This document shows, piece after piece, positions 49,071 to 58,886 of a stretch of DNA of 64,000 bases. Each line of letters opens with the position of its first letter. Position 1 is the first letter of the stretch. A program made the position numbers and the translations under genes. Origin of the DNA: an uncultured archaeon (lineage in GTDB: Archaea > Thermoproteota > Nitrososphaeria > Nitrososphaerales > Gagatemarchaeaceae); assembly GCA_963799775.1 (NCBI GenBank), contig CAWCYD010000003.1, positions 1,056,001 through 1,120,000 on the forward strand. Direction: 5' to 3'. The notes beneath the pieces were generated by a model. That model made no database searches. It had not been told where the DNA came from and worked only from the letters and a program-made list of their open reading frames with translations.

Positions 49071-51149
49071 GTGGGACGTCAAGGGAAAGGGTTCCGGGGA
49101 ATCTTGAAACTCCAAAAGCGTCGGTCGGCTTTGGCGACCATAGTAATCCTGGCCCTGCTAGTCGTCCTCGGGACAAGCTCGGTGCCAATCTCCCACGGCG
49201 CCCAACCTTCTACGTCGGCAAACTGGACGGGGCATGAGAACAACTTCCCGCTGAACTGGAGCTATGACAATCAGACCACCATAAACAGCAACAACGTCGG
49301 CCAGCTCCAGGTGAAGTGGACGTTCCCCGTCCCCTCCGCCCCGCCGGGACAAATCACGACGGCCGAGGGCGTGATGGTGACTCCCCTCATCTACCAAGGG
49401 ATCGTGTACGGCGTGACCAACTGGAACCGCATCTATGCGCTTAACGCGCAGAATGGGGACGTAATCTGGTATGTAGACCTGCCCGAGATGACCAACTACT
49501 CGCTCTATTTGCAGCCCTCCGTGCCCGGACCGCTCGGCGTCCCCTTAGGACACTATCACGCGATGTTCTTGACGACGCAGCTTTGGGGCGAACCTCTCGT
49601 CTGGGTGGTCTCGAACACCTATCAGGTGTTCGCGCTCAAGGCCTCGACCGGAGACATCGTCCTCAATTTCAACCCGTTCGTCTCAGACCGGCAGGCCGGC
49701 ATAGCAGGGAGCTATGGTCTCTATGACGAGGACACGCCCGACATGCTAATCGACCAACGGCACGCCGTCCTGATATTCTCGCCTTCGGTGACCGAGGGGG
49801 ACAGCGCAGGCAGGGGCTTCATCGAGGGATGGAGCGTCTCGACAACCACGCCCAAGTTCCTCTGGAGGACATACGTCATTCCGCCTCAGGACGGGAGCGA
49901 ACCGCAGTGGTCGCTTGACTCCGTCATGAACATGAGCCACGCATACATCTTCAACGGGACGGGCGCCGTAGACCTGAAAGCACTTCCACCGTCGCAGTTG
50001 AGCTCCATGCTCACCGGTGATTGGGGGAACTTCGGGTTCAACGGCACGAACAGCTTCGCGGGAGATAGCGCTGCTTGGGGAGGAGCGTGGGCGATCGACG
50101 AGGAGACGGGGACGGCCTACGTGGGGACCAACGTGCCGGGGCCGGACTGGAACGCCACTTACCGGCCAGGGCCGAACCTTTGGTCGGCCTCCGTTCTCGC
50201 GCTGAACGTGACGAGCGGCAAGCTGGTGTGGGGATTCCAGGCGGTCCCTCATGCGTTGGGAGACTTTGACTGCTCCTGGAACGTCATGCTCGCGAACCAG
50301 ACCATTAATGGGCGGAGCACTCCGGTGATCTACAAGGGGTGTAAGAACGGGTACATCTTCGCCCTGAACGGGACCACGGGACAGATGCTGTGGTATCTGA
50401 AGCCGCCGTCGATTCGGTATGAAAATGTAATCGCGCTCAACCCGCTCAACGCCACCCAGATGGACAAGTACAACTGGGACGGCTATCCCTCCACGCGCCC
50501 CATAGTCCAGAACCCGGCGGACACGGGCGCGCTCGAATCGGACCTGGCCTTCGACCCCAGCAAGAACCTGGTCTTCGCGGCGACCTACAACGACCCGAAG
50601 AACTTCACCTACAGCGACGTGGGGCCTCCGAAGACGCCCGAGAACATCACGCAATGGGAGTTCACGTGGGGCGTCCAGATCCTCAAAATCATCCCGCTGG
50701 GGTCGCAGAACACCACAATCTACGCGATTGATGCTTCCAACGGCGAGGTCCAATGGGCATTCCCCATACCCAATATCGCGTATCGAGGAGGCCTGACGAT
50801 CAGTGGCGGGGTGGTCTATGCGTCCACCCTGGACGGCACTCTGTGGATGATCAACGAGGGCTCTGGGAAGTTGATTGCGACCAAGTCAATCGGAGGCTCG
50901 CTTCTCATCCAGCCCTCTCTTGGTGAAGACGCGAGCGGCTCGATGACGCTGGTCCTCACGGACATGGGCTCCACTCGCTGGGGTCCGCCATTTCCCGGCT
51001 TCATCCAGGCCCTAGGGCTCCCTTCGCCCACAGGTGGGAGCGGATCGCAGGGGACCGTGATCGAGGCCTCGGCGGTCGCGGTAGTCGCAATCGTGATCGT
51101 GACTGCTGTGGCCCTAGTCAGATATCGAAGAGACTGGAGGCGATATTAA
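49071..51149 (+). CDS. Membrane-anchored PQQ-type beta-propeller protein 4
   Basis: INSNNVGQLQVKWTF, EGDSAGRGFIEGW, PGPDWNATYRPGPNLWSASVLAL, HALGDFDC, GCKNGY, C-terminal TM. Confidence 0.9.
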   Translation: MGRQGKGFRGILKLQKRRSALATIVILALLVVLGTSSVPISHGAQPSTSANWTGHENNFPLNWSYDNQTTINSNNVGQLQVKWTFPVPSAPPGQITTAEGVMVTPLIYQGIVYGVTNWNRIYALNAQNGDVIWYVDLPEMTNYSLYLQPSVPGPLGVPLGHYHAMFLTTQLWGEPLVWVVSNTYQVFALKASTGDIVLNFNPFVSDRQAGIAGSYGLYDEDTPDMLIDQRHAVLIFSPSVTEGDSAGRGFIEGWSVSTTTPKFLWRTYVIPPQDGSEPQWSLDSVMNMSHAYIFNGTGAVDLKALPPSQLSSMLTGDWGNFGFNGTNSFAGDSAAWGGAWAIDEETGTAYVGTNVPGPDWNATYRPGPNLWSASVLALNVTSGKLVWGFQAVPHALGDFDCSWNVMLANQTINGRSTPVIYKGCKNGYIFALNGTTGQMLWYLKPPSIRYENVIALNPLNATQMDKYNWDGYPSTRPIVQNPADTGALESDLAFDPSKNLVFAATYNDPKNFTYSDVGPPKTPENITQWEFTWGVQILKIIPLGSQNTTIYAIDASNGEVQWAFPIPNIAYRGGLTISGGVVYASTLDGTLWMINEGSGKLIATKSIGGSLLIQPSLGEDASGSMTLVLTDMGSTRWGPPFPGFIQALGLPSPTGGSGSQGTVIEASAVAVVAIVIVTAVALVRYRRDWRRY

Positions 51150-51247
51150 CGGAACTCCGAGTGTTATATCGATTTGACTGAAAGAAAAAATCGAGCCGAA
51201 TATGAGAATCTTTTATTAGCTCGTCAACTGTCGAGCCGCGCTGAATT

Positions 51248-53183
51248 ATGGGTTTTCAGCGGATTCTCACCAGACCAGTAATCATTGCGGTCATCGTCCT
51301 CCTCTCCTTCGGTGGGTTCGCGAACGTCATCGTGCATGCAGCAACTACCATCTCGCCCTATCCCAACTGGCCGGCCTCGTCGTACAACTTCCAGAACACC
51401 AATAACGATCCGCAGGATGTGATCAACGTCAACAACGTCCAATACCTGGAGCCCAGCTGGATCTACGAGGGTCCCGGTCAACCCATTCAGCATCCCCGGC
51501 GCCCCTCCCGCGCTAGGGGTGGAGGCGCAAGAACTCGTTGTGAACGGGTTTGACTATGTGGCGACTCCTTACAACTCGATAATAGCGCTCAACACGGAGA
51601 CCGGAAACGTCGCTTGGACTTACCCAATCAACATGACTCAGTTTGTCGGCGAAAAATGGTGGTCTGGCGCGTACGTGATAAGCGGGATATCTGACTACAA
51701 CCAGACCATCTACGTCACCGCCTCGAACACAGCCATCTATGCGCTCAACGCACTCAACGGCAGCCTAGACTGGATGATTCCGCCAATCGCGGCGAACATC
51801 CCTGGCAACACCGGGACTTATTATGGTGAAAAGGCCCCGATACTGGTCGGCGACAACCTGATCGTGAGGGCGTCCACTACGGACTACGGAGGAAGGGGCT
51901 TCGTCGCAGCCTACAACATAGACACGAAGAAGCTGGTCTGGCAGTGGTACTCGGTGCCGTCCGCGACCACCCCTGACCCCAACTGGGACTCTCAGGACGT
52001 GGTGACGCTCGCGAACGGGACGACCGTGAACTACGGCCAGGCTCAAGGGAACATCACGCCGTATACGGGGGACTGGGGGACAACCAACCAGTCGGTCTCT
52101 CTCATTGGGGGAGGAGCGGCATGGGGTCTAATCGCCGTCAACAACCAGACAGGCGTAATCTACTTCTCGACAGGCCACCCATCCGATGGGTACGATGCCT
52201 CCCTGCGACCAGGCCCGAACCTGTTCACGGACTGCATCGTGGCGCTCAATTCGACCACCGGAAAGATGATCTGGTACTACCAGATGACCTCGCACGACAT
52301 CACCGAGCACGAAGGCGGGTGGAGCGACAGCCTCTCGACCATCACGCTCTCCAACGGGCACCTCGGTCCAGGTCGTGATCCAGGGGGCCAAGAACAACGA
52401 GGTCTATGTGCTCAACGCCGCGACGGGCAAGCCTGTGTACACCCCGATCATGGTCGGCCCGAAGTCTTCAAACAACTGGAACGACGGCCTAACCGCGACT
52501 GCCAACCTCACGGCGTCTCAAGCCCTGTTTGGGAGTAAGGACATCTGCCCGGGGCCTGACGGTGGGATCGAGATGGCGCCCGCTGTCGACGGCAACATGC
52601 TCTATTTGGTCACCCAGAATGCTTGTGGGGTGATGAGCTACGCGGCCGGTGCTTATCCGTATAAGGGCCAGAACATCAACGGATACATCTACACCGACGA
52701 CCCCGCGGCGCAGGAGAATGGGACCGTCTACGCGATCAACCTCGCCAACGGGCAGCCGGTCTGGGATTACAACCTTCCCAACAGGTACCAAGGTTCGTCT
52801 GCTGTAATCAGCGGCGGGGTGCTCTACATCATCGACAGGGCAGGAATTCTCTACATGTTTGATGCCGCGAACGGGAACCTGCTGAAGAACTTCCAACTCA
52901 ACGGCATCGGGGCTGCTGGAGTCTCAATCGCGACCAACACTGAAGGGACCATGACGCTCTTCGCTCCGGCAGGTGGAGGGCCTTGGGCGGTGCCACTCCG
53001 GGCGTCGTGGTCGCTTACAATATAGTCAACGCCCCCCCGCCCGGCGGCGGGGCCGTCTACGAGCCCATCATAATAGCGCTAGGAGTGCTCGTGGTAGTCC
53101 TCACCATGTACGTGCTGCTAAGCAGGAGGAGAAGGGAAGCTACGCCATCTCGCGCGAAGCCTCCGCGGACTCGCGCCCTCTAA
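51248..53183 (+). CDS. Membrane-anchored PQQ-type beta-propeller protein 5 (frameshifts at about 51500, 52360 and 52980)
   Basis: ORFs 51248..51553, 51519..52538, 52375..53025 and 52983..53183. DYGGRGFVAAY, GGAAWG, RPGPNLFTDCIVAL, CPGPDGG. Confidence 0.85.
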
Positions 53184-54642
53184 ACGCGCAGTACGTCGCG
53201 ACCGCGGCGAGCAGGGCACCTACGACGAAGAAAAGGTCGACGGCCGAGATGTACTTTTGAATCGAGACACTTCCGGTCAGCTTCTCTCCGTACAAGTAGA
53301 TTCCAATCAATATGGTTCCTATAGCGAGGCTGATGCTCTGCCCTGTCGACCTCATCATCCCGAGGATGCCGTTTGACATGGCCCTGTCCCCCGGGGGCAC
53401 CGAGGCCAGGTTGGCGTTGGTGTTGCTCGGGGCGAATGTCCCGACCCCGGCCCCCAGCATCGCGAGGAGGAAGGCGATTGTCATCGTCGAAGTCCCTTCA
53501 GTCAGGGTCGACAGAAGTATCAGCGCCGCCGCCGCAATGACACATCCCGCGACTGCCGGGTCCCTGCTCGCCGTCCGGCTCGCTATCCATCCCCCGAACA
53601 CCGCGAAGATGGTCACGGTGAGGGGCTCGACCGTCAGGAGGAGGCCCGCCGTGAGCGGGCTGAATTCCCGAATCAGCTCGAGATAGAACGATAGGAGGAT
53701 CAGCGTTCCGTAGTGCGCCATGTAGATGAAGAGGGCCGAGAAGTTCGTGGAGGCGAACATCGAGTTGGTCCTGAAAGTGTTGAAGTTGATGAGGGGGAAC
53801 GGCGTCCTCGTCTCGCGGATGACGAACAGGACCGTGGAGATTATCCCCACGGCGCCGATTAGGGTGAGCGGGATGGAGAGCTCGTAGTTGAGGTACGAGT
53901 AAAAGTGGAGGCTGGTCCCGGGAAACGGGATGTAGATGTCCCGGATGTACGTGTTGATAGCCGATAGGCCGTTGGCAGCCGCAGTCAGGGCGACCAGGGC
54001 CGAGCCGAGTGCCCCCGCGAAGAATATTGCGCCCAGCCAGTCGGTCTTGATAGCGAGGTTCTTGGGGCTCTCCCTGAGGACGAGAAGGGAGATAGGAATA
54101 GCCACGGCCGCGATGAGGGCGTTCGCATAGAAGACGTACCTCCAGCCAACCGAGGCGGTGATGGTCACGATGCCCCCCGTCAGGGCCACGCCGACGGTCA
54201 TCCCGATGTAGATTACCGAGATGTGGGGCCCTAGCGCAAAGCCCCGGAGCTTGGGCTCGAAGGCGTCGACGATGAGGGCCCGCCCGTTGGAGAGGATGAA
54301 GGCCCCGCCCAGCGACTGGATGACCCTGTAGATCAGAAGGTCGTAGATTGTCAGCGAGTTGCCCGAGAGGTAGGCCCCTATCGAGAAGAGGACGAGCCCA
54401 AGGATGAAGTAGCGCTTCCTCCCGTGCCTGTCGGAGAACCTCCCGAAGATCGGCATGAAGGCTGCGGTGATGATGAGCGACTCGAGCGGTACCCAGAGGA
54501 CTACCCCGATGGGGGCCTGGAGGCTTATCGCGATTGTCGGAAGGATGAGCGACATTATCCCGGTGTCGAGGGGAGGGACGAAGTTGCCAAGGTTCACAGC
54601 TGCGAGCGAGAACCACTTGCGCCGTTGCGCCAGTGACTGCAA
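53140..54642 (-). CDS. MFS transporter, DHA2/EmrB-QacA type
   Basis: PLDTGIM, FGRFSDRHGRKR, RVIQSLGGA, GWRYVFY, 14-TM pattern. Confidence 0.9.
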   Translation of the reverse strand: MQSLAQRRKWFSLAAVNLGNFVPPLDTGIMSLILPTIAISLQAPIGVVLWVPLESLIITAAFMPIFGRFSDRHGRKRYFILGLVLFSIGAYLSGNSLTIYDLLIYRVIQSLGGAFILSNGRALIVDAFEPKLRGFALGPHISVIYIGMTVGVALTGGIVTITASVGWRYVFYANALIAAVAIPISLLVLRESPKNLAIKTDWLGAIFFAGALGSALVALTAAANGLSAINTYIRDIYIPFPGTSLHFYSYLNYELSIPLTLIGAVGIISTVLFVIRETRTPFPLINFNTFRTNSMFASTNFSALFIYMAHYGTLILLSFYLELIREFSPLTAGLLLTVEPLTVTIFAVFGGWIASRTASRDPAVAGCVIAAAALILLSTLTEGTSTMTIAFLLAMLGAGVGTFAPSNTNANLASVPPGDRAMSNGILGMMRSTGQSISLAIGTILIGIYLYGEKLTGSVSIQKYISAVDLFFVVGALLAAVATYCAFRGRESAEASREMA

Positions 54643-54748
54643 CCTGAATCACGACCGATTGTGCCCTTTAAGACCGTTCCGAGACAGCTCGAGCCACGGC
54701 CGAATCGGAGTCCGACCAATCCACACTTAAAGTGCGGACCCGGCCCCA

Positions 54749-56691
54749 ATGGCGATAAGACCTGTTGAAGGACCGCGCCCCTGTCGTGAAGAAGTCCTGA
54801 CCGGGCTGCTCCTCTTCCTGCTCGTCTCCATCGCTATTCCGAGGGGAGCTTCTGCGTCGTCCGGCACCTCTAACGCCTCAGGAGCGGCGTGGACGACCAT
54901 GAACGCGAACGGGAACCACACGAACTACGTGCCCCAGGACCAGGTCTCCGCCTCCAACGTCCAGAACCTTCAGGTGGCCTGGACCTTTCCTTTCCCCGCG
55001 GCCTACAACGTCCCTGGACTGGCTGTGACCGGCGAGGGGTCCATCTCCCCTCCGCTGGTCGTGAACGGGACCGTGTTCGTCCTGACCAACTTCCTCACCG
55101 TCTACGCGATAAACGGAGAGACGGGCGCCGTGGTGTGGTCGTATGTCGCGCAGCTGAACACGACAGGCCTGCCTTTGGGGCCGTTGGTCGGGCACATGCA
55201 CGGGATGAATTACTACCGGGGCGACCTGTGGGTGAATCTTCCTGATTGCTCGGTCTTGGCGCTGAACGCGCTCAGCGGGGCCGTCGTCATGAGGATTAGA
55301 GACATCTGTGCGGGCATCCCCGGGAACGCAGGCTTCTACGACTCCTCAGGTGTCCCGCCCGTCTTCGACGGCGACACGATGATCTGGACGAGCTCGGTCT
55401 CCGAAGGGACGGACGTCGGCAGGGGGTTCGTCGCCGCCTACGACATCACGGATGGGCAGCTGCTCTGGAGATGGTATGTCGCTCCGCCCGCCGGCGGCGA
55501 CCCCAACTGGGATGCTGACTCCTGCTCCGTCAACGCGACTTCCAGCTGCCACGGGAACGTGAGCCCCTACGTCGGAGACTGGGGTGGGATGGGCATGACG
55601 ACCACAATCAACGGGACGACGAGCCACCCTCTGGCGGGAGCAGGCCCGAGCTTCGGGTGCACCGGTCGTAGATACGAGACGCGGCGTGGTCTTCGTGTCC
55701 ACGTCGCAGCCCTCTCCGGATTGGAACGGGACTTACAGGCCCGGGCCTGATCTCTATGCAGACTCGATAATAGCCCTCAACGCGACGAACGGGCACATGC
55801 TCTGGTTCTACCAGACCACGCCCCACGACCTCTTCGACTTTGATTGCGGCTGGAACACCGTCCTCGGGAACGTCACCGAGGGAGGGACGGTGCACGAGGC
55901 GGTCTTCAAAGCATGCAAGAACGGCTACGTCTACGCGATAGACGCCGTCGCGGGGACGCTGCTCTGGAAGTTCGACCCTCCTTCCGTTACGAGGAACCTG
56001 ACTGGTAACGCGAACTATGTGGCGACCGGGAACTACTCGGCCACGCTCCCCTGGATAAACTACCCTTCGACACAAGAATTCGAGCAATGCCCTGGGGAGA
56101 ACGGGGCCATCGAGTCGGACATCGCCTACGCCTACTCGACGGTCTACGTCGCCACATACAACTTCTGCACCTTTGGGCAGGTCGCTCCCGTCTCGACCGA
56201 GGGGGCGCTTGTCTGGGGGGTGAAGGACCTCACGCCGGATTGGCAACATGCGAACACGACGATATACGCGATAAACACGTCGACGGGGAACGTCACCTGG
56301 AAGTACTTCATGCCCACGATCCCGTATCGCGGGTGGCTGACGGCAAGCAACGGCCTGATCTTCGCCGGGAGTTTGGACGGGAGCATCCACATCCTGGACG
56401 CGAAGAGCGGGAAGCAGGTGTACGACCTCTATCTGGGGCCGCCGCTCTACGAGAGCCCGACATTGGGCACGGCTCCGGACGGCCAGGTGTATCTCTACGA
56501 GCTCGTGGGGGCGCCCGGATACGAGGCGTTCCCGGGAGGCGTTCCGGGAGACGTAATCGCCCTCGCGCTCCCGCCCCAAGCGTCGACGTCCTGGGAGACC
56601 TTCCTCCCTGTTGCTGCCGTGGGTGGCCCTTGCGGCGATCGTCACGGTCCTGCTGATCGAAAACAGGTCGTTGAGGAGGCGGAACCGATGA
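54749..56691 (+). CDS. Membrane-anchored PQQ-type beta-propeller protein 6 (frameshifts at about 55660 and 56628)
   Basis: NVQNLQVAWTF, EGTDVGRGFVAAYD, SQPSPDWNGTYRPGPDLYADSIIAL, HDLFDFDC, ACKNGY, CPGENG. Confidence 0.85.
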
Positions 56692-56702
56692 CAGAGGTGC
56701 GC

Positions 56703-57509
56703 CTATCCGGAGAGCGAGTCCGAGAGAGGCCTGTCCTGGATGACGTAGGCGACATAGATGGCGTCGTGCAGGCTCCAGTAGATGTCTGCCATCGACTCCG
56801 CGGCCTCGATCGCCTTCTGCTGCATCTCTCTAGTCCTACAATACCTGAGCACTATTCGGAGAGTGGTCTCGTTCGCTTCGTCGAGCTGGCCCAGCCTCGA
56901 CATGAAGAACCTGTAGCCCTCAGGCTCGATCCAAGGATAGTGCCTCTTGAAGGCCTCGATCCTCTTGACGAGCTCGCCCTTCGCGAAGTACTCGATGAGT
57001 GATGCTGCGACCCCCTCGGTCCAGTCCGCCCTCCTCGCAAAATTGACGTAGCCGTTGACCGCGAACCTCACCCCGGGCAGGCACCTCGCCCTGAGGATGT
57101 CGTCCCTCGCGACCCCTGCGGACTCGGCGAAGCCTATCCAGCCCTCCACGTCTCCTATGCTCCCGCCCAGTCCCTCCCTCTTCAGTATCCTCCCGATCCA
57201 GAGCCTGCGCACCTCGGTCTCCGGGCAGTTGGAGAGGATGGCGGCGTCCTTCAACGGGATGTTCTTCTGGAGGTAGAACCTGTTGATTATCCAGGCCCTG
57301 AGCTGCTTCGGGGTCAGCTTCCCAGAGTAGAGCATCACCATCAGGGGGTGCTTGTCTTGCATCTTGTCCTTGAGCTTGGTCTCGAGGAGTCTCAAGAACT
57401 CCTTCCTCTCGAGGGCAGCCCCTGCACCTGACTGCGGCGAGAGGGTTCCCCTCGGTGGGACGGGTCTGCGACGGCCGGCGACGCTCCGCTGCTTCGAAGA
57501 CTTCCTCAT
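56703..57509 (-). CDS. pqqC: PqqC (pyrroloquinoline-quinone synthase)-family protein with substituted catalytic residues
   Basis: NRFYLQKNIPLKDAAILSNCP, LPGVRFAVNGYVNFARR, HYPWIEPEGY, DIYWSLHDAI. Confidence 0.85.
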   Translation of the reverse strand: MRKSSKQRSVAGRRRPVPPRGTLSPQSGAGAALERKEFLRLLETKLKDKMQDKHPLMVMLYSGKLTPKQLRAWIINRFYLQKNIPLKDAAILSNCPETEVRRLWIGRILKREGLGGSIGDVEGWIGFAESAGVARDDILRARCLPGVRFAVNGYVNFARRADWTEGVAASLIEYFAKGELVKRIEAFKRHYPWIEPEGYRFFMSRLGQLDEANETTLRIVLRYCRTREMQQKAIEAAESMADIYWSLHDAIYVAYVIQDRPLSDSLSG

Positions 57510-58282
57510 TCCTTGAACCCCCTTGTCTTGACCTCATAGATGCACGCCGAGGAGCCGCCTCCCTCCTTCTGGTCGAGCCTCTGTATGCTAGTCCTTCCGC
57601 TGTGCTTGCCTTTGATTGCGCCCGTGAGCATCCCCCTCGTGAAGGAGCAGACGAGGCTGCCGTACTCCTTGTTCTCGAAACAGCCCGAGCAGTGGATCAT
57701 AGAGTCCCCGCGCTTCCTCGTCTCAAGAGTGAGATGGGCCATGTTCTGGTCTTCGAGGTAGCCTACCAAAGCCTTCAACCCGCTCTTCATCGTCGAGAAC
57801 TTCACGAAAGGGGCGATGAGCTCATGGCCGACGCGCTCGCCAAAGCCCTCGAAGACCGCGTCGTTCATCGAACCAGAGTCTGCGGTGAGCCTGAAGAGAT
57901 GGTAGAGGAATATCTCGATCTCATCCGCTGGCTTTCTTGTCGGCTCTAGGTGCCAGCTCACCAGTAGCTTCTCGAAGAGTTCGTCCAGCCTTCCCAGCGC
58001 GCCTTCTTGCTCGTCTCGTCGTCTCGCGAGGACGAGGCCGCCATGCTTGAGGGCGTATGTCTTGCTGTAGACGCCTCCCCTTATGCTCTTGATGTCTGCG
58101 ATCTCAATCATGTCCCTCCTCAGGAGAGTCTTGGTGTGGTAGGAGACGGTCGCCTTCGAGACTCGTAGCTCCTTCGCAATCTCAGTCGCCGTCGAAGGGC
58201 CCTTTGAGAGGACGGTCAGGATCGCGTCCCTTACCCAGCCCTTTAAGGGGCTGGAGCCGCGGATTTCTAGCAGCTGGCTCAT
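57506..58282 (-). CDS. ArsR-type wHTH transcriptional regulator with C-terminal V4R-like domain
   Basis: TATEIAKELRVSKATVSYH; CSGCFE..CSFTRGMLTG..ACIYEV. ATGA overlap with pqqC. Confidence 0.8.
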   Translation of the reverse strand: MSQLLEIRGSSPLKGWVRDAILTVLSKGPSTATEIAKELRVSKATVSYHTKTLLRRDMIEIADIKSIRGGVYSKTYALKHGGLVLARRRDEQEGALGRLDELFEKLLVSWHLEPTRKPADEIEIFLYHLFRLTADSGSMNDAVFEGFGERVGHELIAPFVKFSTMKSGLKALVGYLEDQNMAHLTLETRKRGDSMIHCSGCFENKEYGSLVCSFTRGMLTGAIKGKHSGRTSIQRLDQKEGGGSSACIYEVKTRGFKE

Positions 58283-58346
58283 TCCAGTTCGGTTAATTCT
58301 AACTGATTCCTCTATAAAGGCTCGCAATTACCTATGACCAATCGCA

Positions 58347-58886
58347 ATGCCTGGAGAACGCGCGAAAGGGAAGAATCACGTCGACGAGACGCTAAGGATA
58401 GGCGAGGCAGGACCCAAGGGGAAGGGCGTCTTCGCTACGCGGAGGATAGAGCCCTTGGACCTTGTCTGGGACTACGCGGGGGAGGAGAGATGGATCAAGG
58501 ACATCCCGAAGAAGCTCTGGCGATACTGCTTCCAGGTCGACTACGACAGATACGTGATGCCGGAGAAGGGCTCGCCAGGCTGGTTCATGAACCATTCATG
58601 CAAGCCCAACTGCGTGATCATTGGCAGGACGAGGATAGTCGCTCTCGGGCGCATAGAGAAGGGGGACGAGGTGACCTTCGACTACTCGACCAACGTCGGC
58701 TGGGACGGGTTCTCGATGAGATGCCATTGCGGCACGAAGGAATGCCGAGGCACGGTCAAGAGCTACAAGTTCCTCCCAGACGAGCTCAAGATGAGGTATG
58801 GCGCGTGCGTCTCCTCGTTCCTCTTGCGCGTTACGTGGCATCGCGGAACCGGTGTAGCCGTTCCTCCCGACGGCGCAGCCAAATGA
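58347..58886 (+). CDS. SET-domain lysine methyltransferase with post-SET Zn motif
   Basis: KGKGVFA, FMNHSCKPNC, GDEVTFDY, CHCGTKECRG. Confidence 0.9.
   Translation: MPGERAKGKNHVDETLRIGEAGPKGKGVFATRRIEPLDLVWDYAGEERWIKDIPKKLWRYCFQVDYDRYVMPEKGSPGWFMNHSCKPNCVIIGRTRIVALGRIEKGDEVTFDYSTNVGWDGFSMRCHCGTKECRGTVKSYKFLPDELKMRYGACVSSFLLRVTWHRGTGVAVPPDGAAK

Noticed and set aside
23099-56691. Calling the propellers XoxF/MxaF methanol dehydrogenases or lanthanide enzymes
   Set aside because: The vicinal CC, NRG and Asn ligand are absent, and DxD alone is not diagnostic.
55686-57002. Propeller 6 ORF overlapping pqqC by 300 bp
   Set aside because: A frameshift at about 56628 interrupts the TM anchor. The corrected frame stops at about 56691.
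56703-57509. Complete PQQ biosynthesis operon, or a CADD/TenA assignment
   Set aside because: No pqqB, pqqD or radical SAM pqqE is present. The motifs match PqqC much better than TenA or CADD, and the di-iron His/Glu set is not evident.
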